Assembly (NCBI GenBank): GCA_963924565.1
Contig: OZ004608.1
Span: 9,672,001 to 9,736,000, forward strand
Direction of reading: 5' to 3'
Source: Ascidiella aspersa
Taxonomy: Eukaryota
DNA: 64,000 nucleotides
The translations under genes were made by a program, and so were the position numbers. How positions within the stretch are numbered: the stretch's first letter is position 1; every line of letters starts with the position of its first letter. Below are positions 1 through 13,718 of the stretch, one piece after another. The notes beneath the pieces are model-generated. The model had not been told where the DNA came from and did no database searches. It saw nothing but the letters and a program-made list of their open reading frames with translations.

Positions 1-400
1 CCACCTTGTTGACATAAAAAACAGGCCAGGCAAACCGGAAAACCGCTGCTTTGAAGCAGGCTGTATAAGCTGACCAGGTGGTAAAACAATTTTTTGGCAT
101 AAAAATGAGACAATGAAGCCTGACGCTTCAGTATAGGTCAGGGGTCAGCGCTCTTCACCGATACACCATGACCTAAGATAACGTTAAGAAACTTTGGTCA
201 TGTAGTGTTTTTGGGGTTAAGTTTTTTTTATAGGACAAAGAGCAAATAAAGAAATTTGCTAAGAACAAAACATTACTAATTCAAGTGACTTAGTAATTTA
301 GATTAACTATTTTTAAAGCCTATTAGGTTCCCAAGAAGTTAAAACTCAAAGGAAACGCATAGGCTTACTAATAAAAATAAATACCATATTTTTATCGTAG

Positions 401-951
401 TCGCGTTTCTGAACGGGCACGACAACGCGCACTCGGTGGGGCTCGACGAAGTTCATATCTCAAGCGTCGTTCCCCCTCCGCCCCTTCTCTGCCCCGGCAC
501 CCCCCCAGACCCGGCCCACCAACGCCCCAACCACCCCGGCACCGCACAGGGCCTCTACTGCCAGCAACAGCAGCAGCAGACTCGCTACATCGATGCGCTG
601 CAAAGTTCGCAGTTCAACCAAGACAATGAAGCGACTCCGGCCATCGACCTGTCAATCAAAAAACCTATAAAGCTGCCCGCGCATATGCTTAAGGAAGGTT
701 GCGACGCCACCAACCAGGCAATGCTGGCCGCCAGCGTCCTGGCAAGCCTCAACAGCAACAACAACAATACTGATGCGGTCGAGGTCGCGCCGCCCAAAGA
801 GAAATCGCCGGTTTCTTCGCCCGAATCGGCCGGGTCGGCCGTCGTCGCCAGCGATGCCAGGAGCCCGGCCAAGAACACGCTGCCCTACAAACTGCGCTTC
901 AAGTACGCGAAGAGCAACGGCGAAAGCAGCCCGAACGTGGCCGTGATTTAA
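401..951 (+). CDS. Terminal coding exon of a probable transcriptional repressor (gene begins upstream of the window)
   Basis: Acceptor tttttatcgtag at 389-400; frame open from 403 to TAA at 951. Pro/Gln/Asn-rich low complexity, a CtBP-type AIDLS motif, and C-terminal LPYKLRFK resembling the NFIL3/vrille (LPHKLRIK) and ERF/ETV3 (MPLKLRFK) repression motifs. No DNA-binding domain in the window. Confidence 0.6.
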
Positions 952-1635
952 CCGACGCTACACTTTCGCTTTTTGTTTCCACCAGGCCGATTTCCCTTCG
1001 AGGATCGATCCGCAAGGTTTGTCTCGCTTAAATACTATTACTACGTGCCATATCGTGAACGTGAGCGCGCCGGGCTTGGGTTGACTCACCGACAGTTTAT
1101 GTTTGGGCGTGAAGGATGCGCTGGCCTATTTGTTGGCGCAAGCAGTCTGCGATTTGAGCCCGCGGCCTTGCTCCGAGCCACATTTCGCAGAAAAGTCGAC
1201 CTGTAATCGTGCTGAGAGATCTGCTAACGCCCTTAATACGAGGCCTGTTGCGTTTCTGCGGAAGCTCTCTCCTTGTCTTGGACAGCCCGTTGGGAACTTG
1301 GCAAAGTTATATAAAGTCCCTTTCGGAAATTGGAATCACGCTCTGTAATATTCTAACATCGCCATCGCCACGTCTCGCGCTTAACGTTGGTTAAAACAAC
1401 AGTTTTTAACGGTTTAACAAGGGATCCGACTTAGTCCGTCTGCGTCAGTGCCATTTTTAGGCCTTTTTGCGTCTCTTTGTCACTGCAGGAAAATTATATT
1501 TTGCCCGTTAAAATTAAATTTGGACACGTGAATTTGGCCTTTTTGATTTATTGGTCTGACGTTTGGTACAGATACAGCTTTCATGCTCCACCTGGGCTGA
1601 GCAGTAGCTGACCATTAGATTTAACTCCATATATA

Positions 1636-1823
1636 CAGAGTGGGCCAAAACTAGGCTTACAGTTATAAAAAGTAGGGTTTGGGTCTAAAAATAAATTTAT
1701 TGTTTTTGGGTTCAACACCACAAAAAAAGAAATCCATTGGTGTCAGGTCAGGTAAGCGTGGTGGCTATTCAATGCTACCTAAAAAAAGTTTAATAACTGT
1801 GAGCCTACTTTTGGCTCACCCTG
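1636..1823. mobile_element. Tc1/mariner-type MITE
   Basis: About 31-bp imperfect TIRs (cagagtgggccaaaactaggcttacagttat / ataactgtgagcctacttttggctcaccctg) flanked by TA on both sides. Confidence 0.8.
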
Positions 1824-3483
1824 TATTAACAGAAAGTTGGACAAATCTAAAAAAAATTGCCCACTGCTTAGACCTTGGTGAAATCATGAACTACATTTCT
1901 GTAAAGCATTGCTATTTTCCACGACACCCGAAATTATACTAAAATTTGCAGCGGCATTGGGCGTTAATTTTCGTGAGGCTGGCCATGATGTAATCCTGAG
2001 AATTCACCAAGTGATATTTGACCATCTGCGTTCATTCCGGCCGTATGCCACAATAATACAGTTACGATGCAAGTGTTTTTCTATAGTTGAACAAGCTTAT
2101 GTACATGGTTTTCGTGGTTCGTTTTTCAACGATCGTGTTTATTAGCGTGGTGCCTGCCGTTTGCAGCATACACTTGGTAGTTGCTTTACTTTTCGATACT
2201 TGGCAGCCTTGATTTCGTGAAGAAGTGTGGAAAATGCTGTTAACCACAACTTGTCCGCTCGATTATATATATTACGAACGAAAGCGGTAAGCTTGCACAA
2301 TGACGTGAACACCAGAGCCTCTGCCCCCCAGTCCTCATTGCTTTACATTTTTGTGTGTGTGTGGGGGAGGGGGTATTATTTAAGCTTATGCGCAACTCTC
2401 AATATTCGTTTTCTTCTGCATTTTACATGACACTTTCAAGCCTGTTACATTAAAGTTATGTTAAGACTATAATAAAAACAACAGTACATGATCAAAATGC
2501 TTTTTCGAAAACTTGTTCCAGCAGTTGTTCGCTGCCTCGTTTATATTTATGTTTTGCTTTTACAATTAACTTTTCCACGCCCCTTTTTAACGCTATGATC
2601 GTGTATCGTCGTAATGTCCGCTTCGCCTTACCTACACCGCCTTGGTTAAATTGAGCTGGGAATCTTGAAAGCGACAAGGCCGACAAAGTTTTAGTGTCGT
2701 TTGGCAATTTCGCCAACTAAGGAAGTACTTTTGGTTACAATTAGACTCTCTTTTACCATCCTTAACATTCCAACGATGGCTTAGCTATCAGTTGTTTTTT
2801 GCCCCGGGCAAATTTACAAATTTTCCGCCCCTTGAATAGTCCTTTCAACAAAAGGCCTGTAAAAATTTGAAAACCTATATCCGGGAAAACACTTGAGATA
2901 CCCGCCCCCATTAAGTCAGTATACATTAAAACGCTTGGAATATCCTGATAAGTATTGCACAGTCTGCCACTTGTCTTACTCTGCGTTAATATGGCTATTT
3001 TCAGTTCATGGCATTGTGCTTTGTCATGATTTACACTACAATCAGCATAAGCCAAAAAAGTATGGCATAGATTACGAAACCACGTCTTTGGCCTATTGTT
3101 TTGTACAAATTGTGTTTATATTTAAAGCGTTGTTTACCTAAAGGTGTGAGTAGTCATTGATGAACGATTTTGCCGTGTTTACACGTTGGACTGTAATATC
3201 AGTTGCATCCGGCTTAACAGTCAAATGCATACGTGACGCTCCCTTTTTTATAATGGTGCAAATGCTCGGGTTTGGGATTTTTTCTCGCAACTTTATTAAG
3301 TAACACATGTGGCAAAATTACTGCGCAGTTACTTTGTAGCGTCTTTAGGAATTTGACTGTTTCGATGTGAATTTTCAGGTTTTGACAGCCCATAAACTAA
3401 GAATCAGCATACCTACTGGAATGGATTAACTTTTTTTCTGACAAATGCCATAAATTGTATACCTAAGCCATGTTTATACAATG

Positions 3484-3536
3484 TTCGCAAGTTTAAAGTT
3501 TCGCAAGTTTAAAGTTCCGCAAGTTTAAAGTTTCGC
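3484..3536. repeat. 16-bp minisatellite, about 3.3 copies
   Basis: (ttcgcaagtttaaagt)n with one mismatch in the third unit. Confidence 0.9.
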
Positions 3537-6076
3537 TATTTTCTTGGTTCTTTAAAAAAAATTGTATTTTTGGATGAAAAAAATGAAACAGCCTTCACAA
3601 TATAAACAATGTTGTGTTCGCTACTGACCGTTATTTGCACATCACATCATAGTGTAGGTTTTCTCGTATTCTTAACGTTACAAAAACACCTTGTCGCTTT
3701 CAAGGACCCGGACTTGCTGCGCCGTTCCACCTTTTTGCCGTTTTAAAGTCACCATTGCAGCTTTGAAACATGAAAGTGCACGCTACATGGTACTGACCTA
3801 GTACATGAACTTCTCGAGCGTCGTACATGATGTTTTCTTGTTGTTGTTGTTGTCTATCCTTTGATATGATGTCGTCTCCTCTCTTTCCACTTTACTTATA
3901 TGTTGATGGTGTTCTTGCTTTTAATTAATGACGTGTTGTAGGCGCTTTGCTTCTATTCCGTCGTTGTGCGCACAGTTGATTAATGTTGTTTGCCGGTATT
4001 TTTACGCTTATATTAACGCACGTCTTGTATTTGCAACGGAACAGTGCTAACTGCTCGTTCTTCGCCATTGCTCAAAAAGAAAACAGATTGCGTTGGATTC
4101 ATGCTCTGGCCATTTACCGTGAGAGATTATTGTTTTGCTTATACCAAGAACGATTTTATGTGCTTGGTTTTAACACAGCCTTTTTCGGGACGCCTCTCTG
4201 GTTTTGCTATCTTTCTGATAATCTTCCCATTTCCGTTTTGATTTTAATGACATGCAAAGTCCCAAATTAGATCAGAAATGGCGTTTGTATTCTACCCTTG
4301 CTTCATTTATTATATCGTTTATTTTTCCGTAGTTCCAAAAATAACCTTTTTAACACCGTTCGGTTCCACGGTTGTCCCAATAATTCGCATTTCTTTTCAC
4401 CGTTTAAGCGACCAGAAAATAATTTACATTCAGTAGTAAATTGACCAGGTTCTCACAAAAATGTCTTCCCAGTAGAATATAGCATTGCTGAAATGCCTGC
4501 AAAAAGCTAGAATGCCTCCACAGCTTTTTTGCGCCCAATGCGTGTTTACTTTGTTCGTTTTCAAAAACCCTTTTTTTTTTTTTTTTTAAGATTACCTTTT
4601 CACATTTACATTACTTCTTGTCGTTTACCTAAAGCTTTTTAGTCCACAGCAGTTGCAAGACAGGCATGTTGACCAATTAGAAAGTTTTGTTAACGCGAAC
4701 CACAAGGTATCATGATCACCTAAGTTGAAATAACATCTGAAAATGCGCCATCGATGTCCATGAATTAAATGAATTTCCGAGGTAAAACGTCTTGTAAGAA
4801 ATTAAGAAAAATTTTGTTTTGGTCAATTTGTGGCACCTTGTGCAGCACTTCTCAAAAGGACAGATAGGATTTTTTCCCTATTATTGCTGTTGTCAAATTT
4901 GCTTTATATAAGGACTAACGCAGTTTGAAGCAACTAACGTTATTGGTAACCTTTTTCGTAAATGCGTTTCTTCGTCAATAACATATATTTTCTGGCATTT
5001 TAACTTTACCTTTTCCCAAAAATTGAACTAAAAAAAACTAAAAAATCAACCGTTACCGAAACACTTTTTACAAAATCCTCAATTTTCGCTCTTTTACCAT
5101 TTTACACCCACTGACTGCAATGTCGCAAGCTTTGGCTTTTGTAAGAGCATTGTTCGGCCATATATTTGCGTCGTTGCGCATGGTAATGACATATTTTCGT
5201 GTCCTTGTTTTCTCCTTTTTCAAAGTTACTGTCATCGTTCTCTCCTGGTAACCTTGCTTTATCGCTTTTCAATTAACACCTTTATCTATGGTTTAAAATA
5301 ACGCGAAAAACAATTCCCAATAGCAGGTTAAAAATTTCGTGCCCCTTGTCATTCTCTTCCATTTAGCTTAACTTTAACTTTATTATTGTATTGGTCAAGT
5401 GCTAATATTCCTTGCTCCGGCGATTTTGCGCTGCTTTAAACTTTTTTGTGCCACACATTCTATAACTTGTAACGATTGATTACCTGTTACGTTTTATTGC
5501 TATACGAAAGCGATGTTGTGTTTTGCTAAAGCCTCGGACAACCTTTTTGCTTATCTTTGTCACGCTGATGCGAAGGTGACAGTTTGTGACTATAGTGTCG
5601 TATCCGCCGGCCAACATAAAGCAAAATACATGTGAACGGTGTCATTTATTTCCCCTTTTTCTTGTAAGACAAAAGCAAAAAAAGTAGGTTAATAAAAAAA
5701 CAAGTAGTTGAAATAAAGTTGATAACGACAGCATTCGGTAGAAGAAAGGTATACGATCCCTTAGGTAAGGCTCGCCAAGCGTAAAAAACTAAAAAATGTA
5801 ATTTCCAATAAATTTTATTAAAATAATGGTTATAAGAAAATTGCATATCATTTCTTTATGGACGATTCTGCGTTTAATTTTCTTAACTTTGCAAAATTAA
5901 AATTGTTTAAATATTTTCTCGCTTATTGGATTAACACCCTTAAAACTTTAATGTCATATGCAGAAGTAATCGGCGGCAACGTCAGACTTCAATTCCAGTC
6001 TCAATCCTGGACTTCACGCAAACTTAAAACAAACAAATGTTTACTTGTCTTGCGACAAAACCACCCGATAATAATG

Positions 6077-9000
6077 TCACAGCTCGTTACGAAGGAAAAG
6101 CCTTTTCCTCTCTTTAAGGACGTCCGCTCCACTTCTTCCGTCTTCTCCCATCGTTTCATATCCCATGTACTCCTCACCCAACGCTCCGATCAGCTTTTCA
6201 AATAGCGCTGCCCGGAAAAATTGAAAAAAATTGTTTCGCTACAGTAAGAGTTTTGAAACTTTAAGGCAGTGTTTCTCAACCCATGGGTCGATTAGGTCGC
6301 TATTTGATCTGGTTGGGTCGCTTACTGCAGTTTTTCACATGAATAAATTATTTATATTTTCCCTAGTAGGCATTTATTTCTTCCTTGCAGTTACAATTTT
6401 GACAACTCGTTTCGTTACTGTTAAAAAATTGTAGATTCAATAACTTGACAGGGACTTTTACAACACTGTTTGCAAAAAGTCACTGGTCTAGAATCTTAAC
6501 ACAGCGTTCAAGCAATTAATAATTTAAACATATTGTTTGGGTTAGGGTGCGGGTTAGCGTTTGGTGGGGGCGGGTCAAGTATTTTTTATTAATATTTAAT
6601 AATAATGTTTGACCCACCCAAACCGAAACACTACCCCGCACCCTAACCCAAATAATGTGCGTTTATTTAATAATTGCTTGAACGCTGTGGTAGGAATCTA
6701 GAGCAGCGCAAAAAAAATGTTCTCCAGGTAATTTTGTTTACCTAGCGGGGCTGCGTACACCTCGTCGATATCCAGGATCCCGTTTGTATTCTTGTCAATA
6801 AACTGGAATATCTTCTCTGAGTGCTTCGTCTTGTGAGAGTCCATCCACTTTTTCACGGCCGCGTCGCGAGATTTTTGCTGCGCTTCGGCCACCGGTGCCT
6901 CTTGATCCGGAGCGGCAGAGTCCATGGCGAAGAACTTGCGAAAGATATCGCGGCTCATGTTCTGGCCGCCAAGGAACAGATCCAAAAACGCCACTCTGGT
7001 AGATTTTGGTTTTGAATTATTAGAGGCTTAATCTAAGCTCCGTAAAAGGGTGGACATTTTTAGGCCTTATGAGATACCGTAACTAGTTTTAAGTGCTTTT
7101 TATTCAAACTATAAATTTAAAAGGGTCGGGAATCGGGAATCGGCGCGAAATATAAAAATGCATATTTATTTGAATTGGTGATAAGAATATCAAAGCCCAT
7201 ACAGAAGTAGCTATTAATTTGAACGTTTCTAAGAACCCTTTTATTCATTTTTTTAAATAAAAAGAGATATTCCAAACGTTTAAAATGCTGCCTACTGTTG
7301 CATGGGCTGTGATATATTTCGTCTTACTACAACCTCCAACCATTATGAGTCAAAATTAGTCATTTATTAGTTCTGGTTTAAAAGTCACTAGAACCTACAA
7401 ATGACTGATTTTTAATCAGACAAGAAAGTCCAAAGTATATTGCTACCATTTGAAGTCATTGTCGTCTTTCACGTGTAGCCTTTTAGGGCGAGGAGATATC
7501 TTCATATTTTACATATTCAACTTGCCGTTTTTAAATAAAGTAACGAAATACTGTTATGTCAATAGTAATTCGCACCTGGCACTCTCCCTCGGGTCGCTCA
7601 TTTTGACTTGGGACAACACGGTTTTGTGGCTTTCCTTTTTCTGGCAATCTTTCTCGTCAAAGCGGTAGATGTGCGTCATCCAGAAGCTAAGGGCCAGGTT
7701 CCTGGTGTTGGACGAGTTAACGAAGTGGTACCAGCTGCGAAAATAAATTGTATTGCTCCCGTTTTATACAATCGATTATTATAATTTTGCAGCTGTTGCA
7801 TATTTCCTATACGATCGATAATAATCCCAGTATAGTAATCGAAAACGTCTGTTAGCTGCTTAAAAAATTAGTTAATATACGCCCACGGTAGGCTACAACA
7901 AACCAATTAATATTATCTTCAAATTATTCGCTTATTGTTTTATATAGGATTTGTATAAATTGTCGGTTGAAAACTTTGGTTAAAACCATGCTGAAAAGCT
8001 TTTTGATAAATACTTAACAATAAAAAATTGTGTATGTATATGGCCCACTTGTGGGTTTTTTTAAGATTATAGTCTAGTATGTGGCCTTTGCGATAAACAA
8101 CGCCGTGACATTTCAAGTAGGCCTATGAATTACACCACGCCACGGTAAGTGGATTAAATTGTTTGTATAAACAGGTTATAGCTTGATTTTTATAAACTTA
8201 ATAAATAAGCGCAGGACCATTTCCATAATCACACGGGTTTACTAATTTTAATAGTTTAAGGCAGTGTTACCTTTTTTACTTGGTGGCGCACCTAGAGACG
8301 TGTGAAAACGAGGCGGCGCACCTTGCGAGCGAAGTGAGAGCAAAATTATTGAGGTGTACCGATATTTCTCTTAAATTGCCTGCATTTGTTATTATATGTG
8401 TTTTGAAGTTGCATATCTTCAAAGGGAGTTCCAGCCTTTGAGACTAAAAACGTTATTTTGTCCATTAAAGTCTTATCCGATTAATTTTGGACGAATTTCG
8501 ACATGTTCTTTCCTTTCGCTCGCGGCGCACCTAACAGCCGTCCATGGCGCACCGGTTGAGAAACGCTGGTTTAAGGTCTCATTTTTATGACAAGGCCTTA
8601 ATCTGAAAGTGATTTGCTTTAATTATGACTTATTATTTATACAAAAGACTTAACTTGGACTAAGTTATTTTACAAATGTCTTTACTGGGACTTGAATCAT
8701 TTTAAAATGATTTGTTTACAACACTATGGGTGTCGGGCATTGATTTTATAAACCACGCCTAAACCCACAGACAAAAAACAATTGAGAAAGTCACCCGTAT
8801 GGTATAAAGTAGCAGTCGCCCGGCTCAGCGTGCAGTTTGTGCCATGGAACTTGAGCAATGACTGGAAACTTGATCAGGTCGACGCGGTCCACGTCCAGGG
8901 CTTGGTATTCTTCGGCCTTCGTGGACCACGTGCTCTCCCCGTCTTTCTGCACAAATGTGTACAACGGTGGTTAGTGACGATCATTATAAGATTAAGTAAG

Positions 9001-12000
9001 TGACGATCATCGAAACGTGTGCTGTATAGGATTAACATGACTCACGGAGCCTCGCAGTTGGTGTTTAAACTTGTGTATTTTAAGTAAAGATGCCAACAAT
9101 CCAGAGCTATATTACTTATTTATGAAAGTTACAATAAAAACGGCAAAATGGACACGGATGAAGTGCAATTTTTTATTACCGATACGAAAGAAAGAAATCC
9201 GTTTTGCGAAAATTTATAAAATATATTAATTATGTTCTTTAATTGAATATTTTTGTTTACAAAAAATAATTTTCGAATAATACTAAGGGAAATTCTAAAC
9301 AAAAATTAAGTATAAACGAAATCAAAATAAAAAATAATAAAAAAATAAACATTTTAAGTACCGGTAAGAAACAAAATAATTAAATACCGTATTAATTTAA
9401 TTTGTACATATTCTCTTCAAAGCGTAATTTTTAATCTGAAAAGCGGAAAATGCATAATCGCCTACAATTTGTTTATAGGCTAACCAGCGCCTTTACAAAA
9501 TAAAAGAATGAGTGAATACAGTGATTTTATATATATATATAAGTTTTTTCGGTATTATGTAGTTCGCTCTTTCCACATCACCTTATTTAATAGAAGATAC
9601 TCCTTCCATCCGTCCAAAATGCATTCGAAGCTGTCCACGCCCTCAGCATGCAAAGTCGATTTGGTGCCGCCCGAAGAAAACCACATCACCACCGACTGGA
9701 TGTTGTTTTGTAAACCGCCGCACTGAATGCTCTGCGGTACGGGAACTTCATCTATACACGCAACACAACAAAACAAACGTTCAACATTTGGTTAGAAACA
9801 AAAAAACAAGTGGAGCAGTTATAGCGGAAACCATATATGTCCGAAGATTATGCAATCCCAAAGTAATTTCCTTTATTCCCATTGTAGACTTTCAAGATAA
9901 GTTAGTTTGTAGTGGCAAAACACCAAGGCGGATCCAAGAAGGGTATCAGGCTGTGTGAACTATAAACTATTTAAAGTGCCGGTACAAATTTTGTTAAATT
10001 AAACTATAAAAGCTTTTATTTCGAGTAATATGCGAATCTTTTATATGTGCTTATTGCCTTGCCAAATAGGTTTTATGGAATTCAGCTGAAATTTGCGCAC
10101 GAGTTCTTTCCATTGCGCACGAGTTCTCAAGTTTTTAAAGAATAATTGTTTTATGACGTCACGCCATGACGTATCTTGACGTCATTCCTAAACAATTTAT
10201 GGCCGCCTCACTTAAGGTATTTTGTCTTTCGGTCGTAATTGTCATTTCGACAAAGACATATTTTGCAAAAATTCCGTTGGTTTAAGAATATTTTTTATAC
10301 ATAAACTGGTTTACTGTATTCATATTCGGCTTTAAATTTATAATACACAACCTTTTGAAATTTAAAGTAATATATCACCGAATTTAATAACTTTTATTTT
10401 ATTTTGGATTAGCAGTCTACGTTTTACTTTTATTACCTAACTAGACACGGTTTGGGTAACAGATGAGGTTGGTTAGGAGTTGTGAGCAATTTTGGCCTGA
10501 CTAAGAATGGGTTTGCATTGTAAAATAACTTAAATTTATACCAAACCGACTCGTATTCCAATTCATATTAAATTATAGTTCATATCACCAAAACAACTTA
10601 GCTAACAAAATGAAATGTTTGATTACCGGTCATTGGGTTAGGTGGCACGAGATCGTGCACCAAGTAAGTGTCGTTTGTCTTATATCCGTCGAGAAACTCG
10701 TTCAGTGACATAAAGTAACTTGGTCGTTGACGATCCTCTTTCTTACCCTCTTCGATCAGAACCTTCCAGTTTCCAAATTTTCTGTCGAGAAAAGATTAAA
10801 AGTATATATTGTCGCAACTGCGTGGTGAAGACCAGGTGGGCTATGAACTTGGACAAAATTTTGATGATGGTGATGGGCTATGTTTCGGAGTTGGGAAAAT
10901 ACTCAAGTAATTTTTAAAGCAAGACAACTCCAAGTCAAGTCTTCGAAATACAAATAAAACTTTAAATCATTTAAATTAGTATAGGGCCTACCGGTAGACT
11001 TGTTCGATAACGAGCAATTACTCAACTAAAACTACAACTTTTAACAAGCTAAGTGTTTTATGTGCACAAATTATAATGAGTAACCCAATTTTATTAAAAA
11101 ATTAAAAAATCGAGAAAAAGTCATTTGTCCAAAAGACTTTATTCAAGTAATGTCAGTTTGACCAAAAGACTTACATAAGTCAAATCCAATCATTTGAAAA
11201 AGGTGACTTTTTACATGCACTAAAATCAAGCCACTGACTTAAATCATTAAAACACTGCTATTAAGTTGTCAATGACTTGACTTAAGTGCAATTAAGTCAC
11301 TGTTTTTAAATGACTTGACTTGACTTAAGTCATTTGGGCAAAATGACTTGACTTGACTTAAGTCTTTCAGACAAATGACTTGACTTGACTTAAGTCTTTT
11401 GAACAAATGACTTGGGTTTGAAATAAAGCAAGTATTTTTTTTTGTAAGATTAAGCTATTTGTCCAATTTTTGTACAAAAACAAATTGCTTGCTACCGTTT
11501 TCCTTATTTTTTAGTTTAGTTATTGTTCATAGTCATACGAGTTTAAAAATTCTAATAGTTTAACGTTTTATTTTTTTGACAAGGACATGACTTGAAGTTT
11601 ACTTGCTCTAATTATGACTTGACTGGGACTTCACTTGCGCAACTGATGACTTGGACTGGGACTTGTTATTTGTTCGAAAAGACTTGACTTGGACTTGAGT
11701 TATTTTAAAAATAACTTGACTGGGACTTAAGTCGTTTTATAATGACTTGTTTACAATACTGCAACTTGCGATAGTAAAAAATATTCTTGGACAACAAAAG
11801 TGACAAAAAATAGTAACTTATTGCACGTTATGTTTAAAAATTCCCCTATATTTGGGCTTGTTCTACGATTGTTGGAATCGCGTTTAGTATAATTAAAAAA
11901 TATCCGGTGTGATTGGAATTGGCCTCGTACAAATTAGAAGCACAGCACTTTAATTTAATGTATATTTACTTCTGCTCAATATAGGGTTACCCAGCAATCG

Positions 12001-12644
12001 CACACTATTATTGAGACATGCCTAAAAAGAGTCTAACGTTTTGTTTAGTTTTAATTAAGTTCGTGCTAATTGACCTATTAACATACTTTTAGGCCAGGTT
12101 ACACGCAAGCAAACCCGTCAAACCTCAAATACTGGTCGGTCCATCTTTGATAGCAAGGAAATCGCTTGGCGGCTTGCTTGAGGACGACTGGTACGCCGGG
12201 CTTAACGTAATTATTGTAGAACTCCTGGGGACTTGGAAGTCGATACCGGTGTTCAACATCTAAGGGTTGTGCGTGTGACCCAAGCGGTTCAAGATGCCCG
12301 ACGGGTACATTTGGGTGTGCTGAACAAGCGTTAACGTTAGAACACATTCTTTATGGGTAGGCTACAATTAATAGCCAACGATAGATAGGCCTAGGCCTAC
12401 TGATAACTATGTAATGACACGATAACGAATTGTTAGCGATTATAACTGCTTGTTCACCTCAACTTGTGGAAAAAAGCTTTTTCTAGGTAACCTTTACAAA
12501 ACTATTTTTTTTTAAATAACAAGCCTTGCTATAAAACTTGTTGTAGAACCATACTAGTTATACATTGGGTACCGTACAGCCATTCTTACCGTAAACTGAA
12601 GTCAGCAATTGAAAAACAATTAAAAAGTTAATCAACGAAAGCAT
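6077..12644 (-). CDS. Signal peptide JmjC (Cupin_8, JMJD8-like) 2OG-oxygenase-fold protein with EF-hand and C-terminal RNEL, about 423 aa
   Basis: Eight phase-consistent exons: 12644-12590, 12319-12124, 10781-10627, 9751-9582, 8946-8795, 7734-7576, 6995-6742, 6207-6077. Motifs: MLSLINFLIVFQLLTSVYA signal peptide; PSPQEFYNNYVKPGVPVVLK; WFSSGGTKSTLHAE; PGDCYFIPYGWYHFV; EF-hand loop DKNTNGILDIDE; ends RNEL*. Confidence 0.85.
6479..6710. mobile_element. Foldback MITE with internal GGGTTAGGGTGCGGGTTAG module
   Basis: Whole element is an imperfect palindrome. Related copies at 29766-29969, 45612-46011 and 51727-51868. Confidence 0.8.
8262..8568. mobile_element. hAT-type MITE
   Basis: CAG...CTG termini with a perfect 8-bp TSD gtttaagg. 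A related inverted copy lies near 18636-18940. Confidence 0.85.
10900..11761. mobile_element. Two oppositely oriented copies of a GACTT-repeat-rich element family
   Basis: AAGTC-oriented copy at about 10900-11238 and GACTT-oriented copy at about 11260-11761, ending gacttgtttacaatactg. Related pieces at about 8590-8726, 15190-15730, 20900-20950 and 61750-61900. Confidence 0.7.
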
Positions 12645-13718
12645 TTTAAGAGCCTAATCTGCAACAAAAACAATTTAAATATTTTGTATCTCGACTAATT
12701 AGGCGCATTGTTTACAGTTATATATAACCAATTCGATTTGGTCAAAGCACTATAACTGCTGTGAACCAGGCCCGCTGCCAACTAAATGCTTAAATATTTT
12801 TTCTTGTTATAGCTATTTCTGAGGAACTTTTTTATCTAGTTTCAACCTTGGCTTTTTAGTCACGTACTGCTTTCAACAGTCACTAAACCGTCTACCCTTT
12901 GAATGGCAGTTGCAACGAAACTCGACTCTGATAGCATATGCTTCCAAAATTTCTCACTACGCGGCACGTTTCAGGAAGTGGCGAATCTTTAATAATCGTT
13001 TCTGCAGACTGAACTGGAAACTTTATTCTCAGGCCAATTGTTCAGGGCGCATTTGATATACAGAACCTTATTTAAAAATTATGTATTTAACAGAGCGCTT
13101 TCCATCGGCATCTAGGCCACCTACGTAGCCTAAAAACCTGGTTTATTTTTTAGGCGTCTGGCGTAATACCACGCTGTAAAAATTAATCGTTATGTAGCGG
13201 TCAACGAATTTTATATGCTTAGTTAAAAAAAAAAGCTTAATTCATATATGTAAGTTATGTGAAAGCATAATATGTTGATGACGATTAAGGTAAACATTCG
13301 TGATGTGAAATGCCATATTATTATTTTAACCCAGGTAGAATCTAGTTAACTGTTTAATTTGTAAATATATTTTTTAGGTTTTGGCGCAAAATTATTTCAG
13401 GTCTGAATTGTTATAGAAAGCAAATCTATTAAAAAAGGAAGATTTTTCTCATTATCACAAAGTAGAGACTTACGCCTAGGGACCTAAAATGGCTTTTATT
13501 TCCCAACAAAATCAATAGAAGTATTGCTGTAAGATACACAGAGGGAAAGCTTTAAACATTACCACATTCTATTTTGGCGCAAAACATTACATTTCAGCTA
13601 TGACCATGTTTCACAAAACAAGGATATTTGTGTCAACAAACGCATAGCACAATGTGAAACATTTGCACATAATTTTACACGGTATACAACATAGGTAAAA
13701 CTTTTGTTACACACATTT

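Noticed and set aside
6538-6560. Interstitial telomere repeat
   Set aside because: Only 2-3 degenerate TTAGGG-like units, embedded in a MITE module.
11270-11415. CRISPR-like array of 24-bp repeats with variable spacers
   Set aside because: Spacers are only 8-9 nt and similar to each other, the array sits in a eukaryotic intron within a dispersed GACTT repeat, and there are no cas genes.
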